A DNA stretch of 64,000 bases, from positions 424,514,001 through 424,578,000 of the forward strand of contig OZ024740.1 in assembly GCA_964016885.1 (NCBI GenBank). The letters run 5' to 3'. Made by a program: the position numbers and the translations under genes. Below the pieces are notes generated by a model. It had not been told where the DNA came from and did no database searches. It saw only the letters and a list, made by a program, of their open reading frames with translations. This DNA comes from Eledone cirrhosa (Eukaryota). This document shows, piece by piece, positions 44,127-56,879 of the stretch; within the stretch, counting starts at the first letter, position 1, and every line of letters starts with the position of its first letter.

Positions 44127-45099
44127 TATGGTGAACTAACTGTTGTGTTACTACTTGTATATATATATTATATATATATGATTTATTACATAAGGTAATT
44201 GAAGATGGTAGACAAATTGTATATTGTAAGGCGCATGAAATCCAAGAATGAGGATGCCCCTGTAATGAGGTGATACATTTGGTAGGTTAGATGTGGAAGG
44301 TCTGCATGCGATGAATTATATGCGAAAAGCAACGCAAAGTAAGATATGGTAAATGTTATTTGTCCAGCAATAGAAGTGAAACTACTTATTGTTGAGGTTT
44401 CAGATTAAGACCTATTAAGTCTAAAGTAATGAAGGGAACGAGGAGAAATTAAGTAAAAGCGTTTAGAGGCATAATCCAGGTATGAAGGGTTTTATTATAT
44501 TGTAGACAAATGACTAGAACTAGTATTAACATACTGTATTGATATCACATTGTCAATACAATTTATATAATGGTTTTTTATATAGGCACAAGGCCAGCAA
44601 TTTTTGGGGAGGGGAAAGTCGATTAAATCGACTCCAGTGCGCGACTGGTACTTTATTTTATCGACCCCGTAAGGATGAAAGGCAAAGTTAACCTCAGCTG
44701 GATTTGAACTCAGATCATAAAGAGCCGTAACACTATGCTGGGAAGTATGTTGTCCGACCCTCTACCGATACTGCCAATTCACCGCCCTAATACAATTTAT
44801 ATAATGAATAATACAATATATATAATGAATAAAATCATGTCGATTATATAAAGACATGGTTTTATTAATAATATTAATTGTGTGGACAATGTGATATCAG
44901 TACAATGTGATATCAATGTGATAGTAATAAGGTATTAAAACAAAGAGACAAAAGGGAGGTGCAATAAGGAAAAAAGGAGGTGGTGAGACCCGTATATCCA
45001 ATTATGCATGACAAGCGACGTCGGAGCTTCTTTTTGATAATATTTATTGTAGGTCAACACACTAATACCATTGGTGCAGATTAAAGCGAAGTTACGACA

Positions 45100-45420
45100 T
45101 TAAAGTAATCAAGCACCCATGGGGGGTATTCACTGATATCTCCAGACGAGATACCAACGATAACAAGAATGTTTTTGTCAGCGCCGCAGCTCCTCCAAAC
45201 GCCTTGAATTCCACAGGCTGGAAAATGTAGTTAGCTGGTATTCCTGGTAACTTACCGGTTACAAACAGAGGTCTTCACTTTTACCGCAACATCCAGTGGT
45301 CACTACCTCTGGCCTCCAAATCTACCCCTTACTCAGTGGGAAAGCGTAACACCATCTGGATTCTTCTCTTCGACACTGGACAATCTAGCTGGCTCCAGTA
45401 TTGCGGGTATATTGATTTAA
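45100..45420 (-). mobile_element. Possible CRE-like non-LTR restriction-like endonuclease remnant
   Basis: Hand translation EPARLSSVEEKNPDGVTL and NYIFQPVEFKAFGGAAALTKTFL resembles EPxGL..KRPDG.T / Y.F.P...E..G..G motifs. Heavily decayed. Confidence 0.4.
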
Positions 45421-45524
45421 GGAAGGACTAGCGGAATAATAAGATTTATCCCGGTATAACGAGCGAAACGACATGTATTTTAGTATTCAGGGACGCGGAA
45501 GGGAATGGGTGAGATATGTGAATG

Positions 45525-46034
45525 TGTGGGTTTGAGTGCATGTGGCTTTGAGTGCATGTGGGCTTGAGTGCATGTGGCTTTGAGTGCATGTGGGCTTGAG
45601 TGCATGTGGGCTTGAGTGCGTGTGGGTTTGACTGCGTGTGACTTCGAGTGCGTGTGGGCTTGAGTGCATGTGGGCTTGAGTGCATGTGGGCTTGAGTGCA
45701 TGTGGGCTTGAGTGCATATGTGGGTTTGAGTGCATGTGTGGGTTTGAGTGCATGTGTGGGTTTGAATGCGTGTGTGGGTTTGAGTGCGCGTGGGTTTGAG
45801 TGCATGTGGGCTTGAGTGCATGTTGATTTGAGTCCATGTGGGTTTAAATGCATGTGGGCTTGAGTGCATGTGGGTTTGAGTGCATGTTGATTTGAGTGCA
45901 TGTGGGTTTAAATGCATGTGGGCTGGAGTGCATGTGGGTTTGAGTGCATGTGTGGGTCTGAGTGCATGTGGGTTTAAATGCATGTGGGTTTGAGTGCATA
46001 TGGGTTTGAGTGCATGTTGATTTGAGTGCATGTG
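45525..46034. repeat. ~17-bp minisatellite (TGAGTGCATGTGGGYTT)n
   Basis: Direct tandem units with 16-19 bp length variants. Confidence 0.93.
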
Positions 46035-46816
46035 TTTCTGTTGTAGTTGTTTGGGGTGTGTTTTTATTATTATTTATCGATTGTTATTATGGATGTGTGG
46101 TGTATATGTTCTATGTTATGTGGGTACGGAGCGTTCTACAAATGTGCGAATAAGTGAATTGGTGCAGTGACTGCATGTACGTGTCATTGTGCATGTGTAG
46201 ACTGTAATATGTCTGGTAGCTGCATGCCTTATGGTTCGTGCGTGGGTGTATACTTGCCTGATATATATACAGGGTTGTTTGATTAGGTGGGTTTTGTGCG
46301 TGGGTGTAGTGTGTAGGGAGTAGATTCTCTCATACAGATTGTATAGATAATCTATTTTTGTTGATATCGCATTCAGATCGGGCAGTCATGACGATCTATT
46401 CATGATTCGTGATATAATCACAGTTTAAAATACTCACAGCGTGACCATATGTATATTTATATTATATAAACATACTGAATATATGTATATATACGCTATT
46501 ATTCTCAACCACGTTGTGTTAGTGCCATTGCAAATTAGAACTAACTCGTAAAGTCTGCTTTATATGGAAATGAATGATCAACAGAATAAATTATTTCCAA
46601 TACGTATAAAAGAAGATATTTGCTTCTGTTACCTCAATTCTACATATTCATTGAATGTCTGCTAACGAAGAAATGAATTCCTGAAAGATATTCGTTACTC
46701 CATTACAAATATTGAGGTAGCTGTGATATAGTCACATATATTTAGGTTTGTTATACTTAATTATGGTGTATTTGGATACATATATAAGCACGCCGTGTTT
46801 GTGCCATATACATGCA

Positions 46817-46863
<47 letters not shown>

Positions 46864-47066
46864 ATAATAATAAATGTGAAGACTAAAATCCAAAGAGGGC
46901 TCGATAAGGTTAAATATATATCAAATATACAGTATAAGAACCCTAGAGCAAACATTTATTAGAATAACACATTAAAGTTTAAGCAAAGAATCGCTGCTTT
47001 CACCCTTAACGGGCTCTTCTGTTAAGGGCGAAAGCAGCGATTCTTTGCTTAAACTTTAATCTGTTA

Positions 47067-47126
<60 letters not shown>

Positions 47127-47800
47127 TTATTCCGGGTTGAATCGGAAGTAACCACAGTGAGTAAAGTACTCAATACATAGCAGAGTATACAAGTTTAATA
47201 TAGATGAGATTCTGCAGGACTAGAACTGTTCTAGTCCTGCAGAATCTCATCTATATTAAACTTGTATACTCTGCTATGTATTGAGTACCTTACTTACTGT
47301 GGTTACCTCCGATTCAACCCGTGTATATATATATACACATACAATGTTTATAACGGAATTCAACATGGCGCCAATAAGGTTTTCAAAAAATAACCTAAAT
47401 ACTGTTGTTATGTCATATACACATCTTGTAATGGCTGATAAGATGTACAACATATCTTAGAAGGTATATTACTTATAGTTGCAAATAATTAGGCCGATGT
47501 ATTTATGTAGAATAACGTATGGACTTCTACTGTGAGTCTGTAGTGAGGTGGTGTATGTGTGTTTGTGTGTGTGTTATGGCTGGTGGTGTATGTGTGTTTG
47601 TGAGTCTTTAGTGAGGTGGTGTATGCTTATGTGTGTTTGTGTTTGTGTATGTGTATGTGCGTTCGTGAGTGCGTGAGTATTAGGCTGGGTGTGTATGTGT
47701 GTGTGTGTGTGAATCTGCAGTGAGGTGATATACGTGTGTGCGTGTGTAGGTATTAAGGCTGGGTGTGTGTGTCTGTGTTTGTGTGAGTCTGCAGTGAGTT

Positions 47801-47842
<42 letters not shown>

Positions 47843-48158
47843 CACTAAGGTGATATACGTGTGTGTGTAGGTATTAAGGTTGGGTGTGTGTAAGAGAGTG
47901 TCTGCGGTGTGGTGGTATATGTGTGTATTTGTGAATTTTAAGTATGTGTGTGTGTGAGAGAGTATTAAGGCTGTGTGTGTGTTAGTCTGCGGTGACGTGG
48001 CGTGTGTGTGTGTTAAGGCTGGGTGTGTTACTTCATCTACTTCCGGTTCCTCTGTTTTCTGTTTTATGTGTACGAGAGATAGTTTTAATAACAATCATTA
48101 GAACACACATATTGTATACGTTAATATGTTGTGTGTGGTTGCTATGTAAAACACACAC

Positions 48159-48193
<35 letters not shown>

Positions 48194-48238
48194 GGAAAAA
48201 GTATGACCCCGACGGCAGAGCTCAAGCCGTTTCGACGG

Positions 48239-48274
<36 letters not shown>

Positions 48275-48397
48275 AATTATATCGTTGATAAAATGTTTGT
48301 ATTTTAAACTTTGCTTCACGACATCTTCTACATACGGAATACATTGAGTTCTTTATACGGTTTAGATTTAGACCCTACCATGGAGTGGTAGATTTTC

Positions 48398-48429
<32 letters not shown>

Positions 48430-48793
48430 ACGACGGAAATGTGGTAAGGAACCAGGTGGACCATAACGCACCAAAGTACTCAATACTTAGGGTAGAAGAG
48501 TGGGTAATAGGAACGAGTAGGACCCCGACGGCTGAGCTCAAGCCGTTTCGACGGCTAATTCTGGACTAAATGTCCAGAATTAGCCGTCGAAACGGCTTGA
48601 GCTCAGCCGTCGGGGTCCTACTCGTTCCTATATATATATATATAATGTGTGTGTGTGTGTGTGTACTTGATTTTCGTATTTGTTTTAAAAGAATCGTGTG
48701 TTGAAATATCTATTGTTTTGGTAGGGTCAAGCTGGCAATAAGAAACACACGACCCAGATAAGTTTCACTTCAGTTTTTATTCTTAGCTAACTT

Positions 48794-49503
48794 GGGCGGT
48801 GGATTGGTAGAAATCGGTAGAACGTCGGACAACATTCTTTACAGCATAGAGTTACGGCCATTTACGTTCTCAGATCAAATCCCACTGTGGTTAGCTTTGC
48901 CTTTCATCCTTACGGGGTCGTAAGTACCAGTAATGCACTGGGGTCGATTTAATCGACTTTTCACGTCACCCAAATTATTTCACAGATAACTAGGGCAGTG
49001 TACTTAGTGGCTAGAGTATTGGATTCACAATCGTTAGGTTGTAAGTTCGATTCCCGGACGGTATGATACGTTATGTCCTTGAGCAAGGAGTTGCGACCAG
49101 TAGATAGTATCATCAATAGAAATACCAATGGAAACATTGCTTCACTGGTCCAATTTGATGAGGTCCACCCCCACTATCGTTAGATAGTTGGACAAAAGGT
49201 TTGGCGTCGTTTATTCTGGCTTCTTACGTTCTGATCTAAAACACCATTGTGGTAAACTTTGTCTTTCATCCCCCCTGGAATAATACCAGTCATGTACTGA
49301 GGCCGATATAATCGATTCCGCCATCCCATAAGTTGCTGGTATTCTGCCTAAATTAGAAATCATTATTAGTCACGGCCCTTCCCATTCTGAGTTCAAATGC
49401 CGCCGAGGTTAACTTTGCCTTTCATCCTTACGGGGTTGATAAAATAAAGTACCAGTAATACACTGGGTTATTGCTGGCCTTGTGCCTAAAGTAGAAACAA
49501 TTA
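48794..49503 (+). mobile_element. Cluster of tRNA-SINE copies (families 1 and 2)
   Basis: Family 1 at 48794-48960, ~49180-49345 and 49370-49503. Family 2 at 48995-49160. Confidence 0.75.
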
Positions 49504-49856
49504 TTAGTCAGGTAACTAATCCATTCATCGATTGGTTTAGTAACCGGGAGGTTATGTAGTGGTCAAATCTCTTCCGTTAAATATTCCGGATCTCGTAACG
49601 GATTGAAACAGTATTATTCCTGTAGAAAACACACACACAAGCACTCACATATATACATATACCTGTACATGTGTATATATGCATATATATATATCTATAC
49701 TTATATATACACATTCGTATGAAATCATGAGGACTTTCAAATGAAATAGCTCTATGTCTAAACTCTACCTATGTATTGAGTAACCTTTTTAAAACTGCGG
49801 TTATGCCCTCCCCTCTCCTACGCAAATTAAAGAATCTACACACACACGCACGCGCG

Positions 49857-50065
<209 letters not shown>

Positions 50066-50194
50066 ACGCACACACTCATACACACGGTCATATATACATA
50101 TTCAATACAAAAAGAAATGCAGGCTTGTTATTCAAATTAAATCTCAATTAAAAATTGGATTTAAATAACAACTTTGGTTTCCCTTTTGTACTAA

Positions 50195-50418
50195 TAATGG
50201 AAAACGAAAAATCAGTGATACATCGGAACTGAATTTATTGTGTGTTACAATTGCTTCCTCGGCGAACAGCTCGAGGTGCGATTTGTGTGGATCGACACAC
50301 AGATCGCACACAGGTCGATCCACACACAGATCGCACCTCGAGCTGTTCGCCGGGGGAAACAATTGTAACACACAATAAATTGAGTTCCGATGCATCACTG
50401 ATTTTTCGTTTTCCATTC
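50195..50418. mobile_element. Fold-back palindromic element with HHR 3' half (GAAA-caattg-TA)
   Basis: 50195-50297 mirrors 50314-50418. Confidence 0.7.
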
Positions 50419-50624
50419 TATATATATATCATTTGTTAATGTAATCAAATTAAATTAATTCAACAGTTAAGGAATAATAAGGTTGTTACCAAAGAGCTAG
50501 AAGGTTGACAGGTCGATCCTAAATATGACTAATAGCTCTAGGAAAGCCATGAACGACACCATATATTTTTAACTTTGATTTTGAAAATAGGTTTATAATT
50601 ATTAATTTTTATTGTACTTTTATA

Positions 50625-50848
50625 ACTGTCTCGGTGGCCTAGTTGGAGGAATCATAGACGGTGGTGATCCTTGTCTGATGTTCGATCCTGCTTGGGAGTA
50701 GGGATCCCCGTAACGTTTTTCAGTTTTTTTTCTATGGAATGTAAAATAAAAAATGAAATAGATTACATGTACCTCTTGACCAGGATTGAACCCCCCGACC
50801 AGGATCTCCACCGTCTGTGCTACCTACCATTAGGCCACTGAGACAGCT
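50625..50848. other. Convergent pair of tRNA-like Pol III units
   Basis: The + copy has A-box TGGCCTAGTTGG and B-box GTTCGATCC. The - copy has TGGCCTAATGG and GGTTCAATCC. Both share ctgtctcRgtggccta..agacggtgg.gatcct. Confidence 0.55.
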
Positions 50849-50958
50849 ACGTAACACGACTGAAAGTTCATACTTATAAACCTACTTTCAAAATTTGATT
50901 TGACAGATGTCTTTAACCCATTGATACCAAACATTATTTGGTTAGTAGTTCGTGTGTA

Positions 50959-51002
<44 letters not shown>

Positions 51003-51795
51003 TGTAATAGACAACATAAGGCAATTATTTCATTTACCAGTGGTTTCTTAAAAGCAAAAAAATGTTGCTTTCTATCATCAGAATGAAAAAAATCCTGGCG
51101 TATTTATTGACGTTGGATTTTAAAAATACTCTTTTTTCCTGGACTTTTCCGACGGAATTACTTCATTTATATATATATGTAGGAGTTGTATTTAATTTGT
51201 TGGAATTCGACAAACATATTTTTCTATCTATTTTCTACTTTATATCTATTCATTCTCAATTTATTTTTCAATATATATTCTTATATTTTTTATATATATT
51301 TATTTTTTATATATATATATTTTTTCTATATACTTATAAAAGTAAATATTATATTGTATTATATTAGAATTGTAACAACAAAATAATTAGTAAATATACG
51401 TAACATTAAGACTTATTTACGTTACATGAGTTCATCCTCTGTTAAATTTCTCTCTTATCTCTATCTCTCTATATATCTCATAACAGTAATTTTTTCACTC
51501 TCTCTTTCTTCTCATCCTTCCCCAGCGTAATTTAAATAAACGGTTGTTTTTTCAATTTTTCATACATTCATTTGCATATTCATACATAAATTTGAATTAC
51601 CCCTAATAAGTTTCCACTATCCAGGGAATTTCGGACTGTTAATGTGTGATTTCCATGGGTATGTCGTTATTTATAAAACAAATTTTGTATTTTATCTGAT
51701 GAAAGCGCACCAGGATTGGCTTGGTCGCCCTTGAAATATATATAATAAAATAAATATGGTTTTATAAATATAGTTTCCATTTAGTATTATCTTGG

Positions 51796-51856
<61 letters not shown>

Positions 51857-52179
51857 TTGTGTGCCTGTGTCTATATATGTATGTTTGCATGCATGAATGA
51901 ATACACTAAGCTTTAGATTTAGTAGAATGTACAACCACTGATTCAACCTATTTGCACTATCGTATATTTTGGACTCTATTAATTCCTTGGGGAATTGGTT
52001 GTCCAAATGCTTTGGTTAATTATTTTATTTGTTTTAAAAAAAAATGTTATTCTTTCTCTTAGACTTCAGGTATTTTTTGAAAGCAAAGCATTGGCCCCTA
52101 AAATGCTACTGTGGGCTTCTGCAATGCTACCGTGGGCCCACTTACCATTAGGCAATCTGGCAACCTGGCCAGTCCACCA

Positions 52180-52228
<49 letters not shown>

Positions 52229-52854
52229 AGAGTTCTAATTAAATTGTTCGGATACAACAAGCAAATATTTTTATAACTGATATAAAGCACTCGACAAGTA
52301 TTTGGAGTAAATATACGATATTAACAAATGGAAACTATATTTATAAAACCATATCTATTTTATTATACATATTTCAAGGATACCATGTTAAATTATGGTA
52401 TGCTTTAATCAGACAAAATACAATATATACCAGTTTTACAAATAAATTTTGACATACCCTTTCAAAATGCAACCGTTACTTTTGGAAGACATCAGGGATA
52501 TTGGATTTGTTTATATTAGTAAGTCATTGTGTTACGGAGAAGGAAAAAGACGGAGAGAGAGAAAAACCGAGAGAGAGAAAAGTTGACATGACTTAAGGTT
52601 TTCGTTCTCTCCCCCTCTCTCTATCTCTATATTTCTCTCTCTTGATATTTTCTCTCTGTCTGGTGTTTTGATATCTCTCTCCTTTTTCTTTTTTTCTTTT
52701 TTCTTTTTTCTTTTTTCTTTTTTCTTTTTTCTTTTTTCTTTTTTCTCTTTTTCTTTCTTTATATCTCCCTTTCTTTCTCAACCTTTCTCTCTCTCGGTTT
52801 TTCTCTGTCTCTGTCTTTTTCCTTCTCCGTAACACAATGACTTACTAATATAAA

Positions 52855-52888
<34 letters not shown>

Positions 52889-52949
52889 TACACCAAGATT
52901 GACCATACGGAATGATCAGTTCTATCCAGTGGTGAACCAACAAACCTAA

Positions 52950-52987
<38 letters not shown>

Positions 52988-53198
52988 TAAGGTTTGTTGG
53001 TTCACCACTGGATAGAACTGGTCATTCCGTATGGTCAATCCTGGTGTAATATTGTGAAGAGTACTCAACGCAGTGCAGTTCACCCATCTTCATTTCATCT
53101 GGTAAGCTAGTTGGTCAGCCGCCCTTTCTGTCTCTGGTTTCCCGGACCCATGGTTTTTCGGACCCATGGCTTTTTACATATTCCTTTGTTATATTCCA

Positions 53199-53256
53199 AT
53201 ACCTGATGATATCACCGGATTCATATGGAACCCGGTCATTGAAATGATCATAGTAT
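53199..53256 (+). ncRNA. Type I hammerhead ribozyme (family E)
   Basis: atac-CTGATGA-tatcaccgg..ccggtcatt-GAAA-tgatca-TA-gtat, with palindromic stem III ATGATCAT. Confidence 0.8.
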
Positions 53257-53302
53257 AATAAACCTTTGAAGGATTTACACCAGTCCAGCCTCCTGTTATT
53301 TC

Positions 53303-53345
<43 letters not shown>

Positions 53346-53956
53346 TGTATGTATAGTATATTTGGCAATATACCGTATGTTTAATTAAAAACATTTTGAA
53401 GACCCTGCGCTATCAGTTTTAAAGTAGTGACTATGTCTCTTCTTTTTTTCGGCAAAAGAAGGGTTATGTTTTCACGTACTCCAGCCGACTAGCTGAGGTT
53501 ATGGTAGGGCATCACCATTGCAGCAACACTCTCTATAGCCAGCCTTCCTTGGTTGGTTATTTTTGAAAATGGGAGTTTGTTGCTGCCGCCCTTATTTGTA
53601 TAAGAGTCTCGTTCTGTGGGATCATCTGGGATCTTAGCAAATGGTTGAGATGTTTCTTGAAAACATCTATATCTATACCATGTAGAACACTCAGGTTTTT
53701 AGCTGCTTATTAAAGACATGGGAGCCTTTGAAAGCCAGGCTATTGCAGTATCAACTACTTACTCTAAGGATGAGACATTTGGCACTACACAGTGGCACCC
53801 TGTTCGAGAGTCTGTCCAGCTGACAAGAATGGTGCTAGGATCTTCAATACGTTTATCACTGCGTATCCCCCCCACCTGCTTTCCAAGAAATTATCTTAGT
53901 TCTTTCAGTCCCACCCAGTAGTTCGTCTCCTTCATTGAGGCCAACTTGTTGCACAT

Positions 53957-54009
<53 letters not shown>

Positions 54010-54255
54010 GTAGTACACTGGAAGGTAATATCCGTAGTGGTAGAGCACTCAGTCCATGGGACGAGTTAGGTAGAAGTGGTTACACAACAGTATATATAAA
54101 TATATATATATAACGAAGGAATTGTAGTAAGGAACCAGATGGACCATAAATTTACGACGCTAAAAATTCTAATTTAGTCCAGAAATAGACGTCGAAATGG
54201 CTTGAACTCTGCCGTCGGGGTCATACATTTTCCTATATATATATATATATATATA

Positions 54256-55141
54256 TAAGTTGTATTCCTGTCTGTTTGTTTGTTTGTTCATGAACTCCTC
54301 CTCTGGTTTTGGAGATAGACCCCCATAACCATATATATTCTGAAACTACATTGCCCAGGGTACTTGGATAATTATATTTCATTTTAATCAAAGGGTTTCC
54401 CGGGGGCACAAAACCCCCGCTGAAAATATTTTCTCTTCGATTTATATGAAATTTAAACCACAGTTAAATGACAAGATATGATGCCTATTCACAAACTTTC
54501 AGCAAATTTAAATAATATTAAGACACCTTAATGGGGGTTAAACCCCCCTAATAGGGTTCCCGGAGGCACAATCCCCGCCGCAATTTGTTTCCCTTCGATT
54601 TATATGAAATTTAAACCATAGGTAAATGACAAGATATTATGCCTATTCACAAAAGTTTTGAATTGATATTTTGAAACAAATTATTTACAAGAACAACTAA
54701 AAAACAAAATAAGAATAAAATTTAATAATGTAATTTTGATTTGATATATTACAAAAGATAATTGTTTCTACTTTAGGCACAAGGCCATCAATTACTCAGT
54801 TCATTACTGGTACTTTATTTTATCGACCCCGTAAAGATGAAAGGCAAAGTCAACCTCGGCTGCTTTTGAACTCAGATCGTAAAGGGACGTAACTATGCTG
54901 GAAAGCATGGCGTCCGACCCTCTACCGATACTGCCAATCCACCGCCAATCCACCGCCCCTATATTACAAACAATAATGTTTTCCAGTTTTTCATGCATTA
55001 CATTTTACATTGAGTAATATTGAAATGTAGAGTTTTTCTTCATAAATTATATCACTGATTTAAAATCATCATCATTTTCTTACAAAAAAAAAAAAAAAAA
55101 AAATGTGTGAAACGGAGCAAGGCGCGGGTAATTCGGCTAGT
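54256..55141 (-). mobile_element. Helentron/DINE-1-like non-autonomous element with nested SINE (54760-54958)
   Basis: Minus strand begins actagccgaattacccgcgccttgctccg and ends acaaacagacag..cttatatat. Shares interior blocks with 58785-59600. Confidence 0.6.
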
Positions 55142-55351
55142 ATATATATATATATATATATATATACACGACGGGATCTACTCTACCAAATTCCACTCAA
55201 AATATACGGGTCACCCCCAACACAAGACCATAGTAGAAAAAGACTATTTCGAAAATGTTGATTGAATACACACGTGCGTTTTGTCGGAGACATTTTTTTC
55301 CATTTCTTACTCTTTTTATTCTCTTCTATTTTTCCTCATTCTATTATTCTA

Positions 55352-55387
55352 TCTTCTGATGAAAGACTCGCGTCTGAAACGTTAAGA
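55352..55387 (+). ncRNA. Minimal type I hammerhead ribozyme
   Basis: tctt-CTGATGA-aagac tcgc gtct-GAAA-cg-TT-aaga. Confidence 0.8.
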
Positions 55388-55468
55388 CATTTTTCCTACT
55401 ATATCAACTGTTAAGCTAATATGTATCATCCTTCTACTCTATCGTTTGGTGTGTTGACATTCTGTTCA

Positions 55469-55561
<93 letters not shown>

Positions 55562-55716
55562 CAGAGGTTATATTTAATTTGTTGGGATTCAACAAGCTTA
55601 AACATTTTTATAACTGATATAAACCACTCAACAGTTAGTGGAGTAAATATCCAATATATTAATAAATGGAAACTATATTTGTAAAACCATAATTATTTAT
55701 TTATAAAACAAATCTG

Positions 55717-55782
55717 TATTTTATCTGATGAAAGCGCACCATAATTTACCTTGGTCGCCCTTGAAATATATATAATAAAATA
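55717..55782 (+). ncRNA. Type I hammerhead ribozyme (family D)
   Basis: tattttat-CTGATGA-aagcgcacca..tggtcgccctt-GAAA-tatata-TA-ataaaata. Same motif at 51688-51752. Confidence 0.8.
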
Positions 55783-55830
55783 ATTATGGTTTTATAAATA
55801 TAGTTTCCATTTATTAATATATTGTATATG

Positions 55831-56018
55831 TGGTGGTGGATTGGCAGTATCGGTAGAGGGTCGGACGCCATGCTTTCCAGCATAGTTACGTCCCTTTACG
55901 ATCTGAGTTCAAATCCCGCCGAGGTTGACTTTGCCTTTCATCCTTACGGGGTCGATAAAATAAAGTACCAGTAATGCACTGGGTAATTGCTGGCCTTGTG
56001 CCTAAAGTAGAAACAATT
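55831..56018 (+). mobile_element. tRNA-derived SINE family 1, full length (~190 bp)
   Basis: A-box TGGCAGTATCGG, B-box GAGTTCAAATCC and core gactttgcctttcatccttacggggtcgataaaataaagtaccag (resembles the Meta-type SINE core). About 12 copies in the window. Confidence 0.9.
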
Positions 56019-56027
56019 AATATATTG

Positions 56028-56064
<37 letters not shown>

Positions 56065-56532
56065 GGTGAAGTTGGAAATAGCACGGAAAATATATTTTAG
56101 GGTCTGTTTTCCTTTTCTTTTTTTTTCGTTCTTTGATTCGTCAAAGTGACATTATTGAAAAAATAAGAGGGACACTTCTTTTAAAAATGAATTTTATAAT
56201 GTATATAAAGTATATAAAATATAACCGGTTTCAATGTATTATGAGAACGGTACCCTCAGATAAATACCCGTTCTCATAATCAACAGCAAATGCATAAAGG
56301 ACATCTCGATTGCATGGAGAACCGTGGAAATAATTATAATGATTAAACGATATATGTAACCTCAGCATCTTATTTTGTTATTTTTATAAGATTCTCCATC
56401 GTAATTAAAAACAACGATTGTTGACAGCTTTCTCCTGCTTACTCCTCTTTTTACCAAAACAATCTTTTCCGAACACACACACACACACACACACACAGAC
56501 ACACAGACACACACATATATATATATATATAT

Positions 56533-56670
<138 letters not shown>

Positions 56671-56783
56671 ATATCTATATCTATCTATCTATCTATCTAT
56701 GTGTGTATATATATATATAGATATATAGATATATATATGAAAAGAGTCAGGACACCGACGGATGAGCTCTGCCGTCGGGGTGG

Positions 56784-56876
<93 letters not shown>

Positions 56877-56879
<3 letters not shown>

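Noticed and set aside
45446-46031. HALKPTCTQ repeat ORFs resembling zinc fingers
   Set aside because: Product of a 17-bp minisatellite that cycles through frames.
55831-55925. tRNA gene
   Set aside because: A/B boxes belong to the head of a multicopy SINE and there is no cloverleaf.
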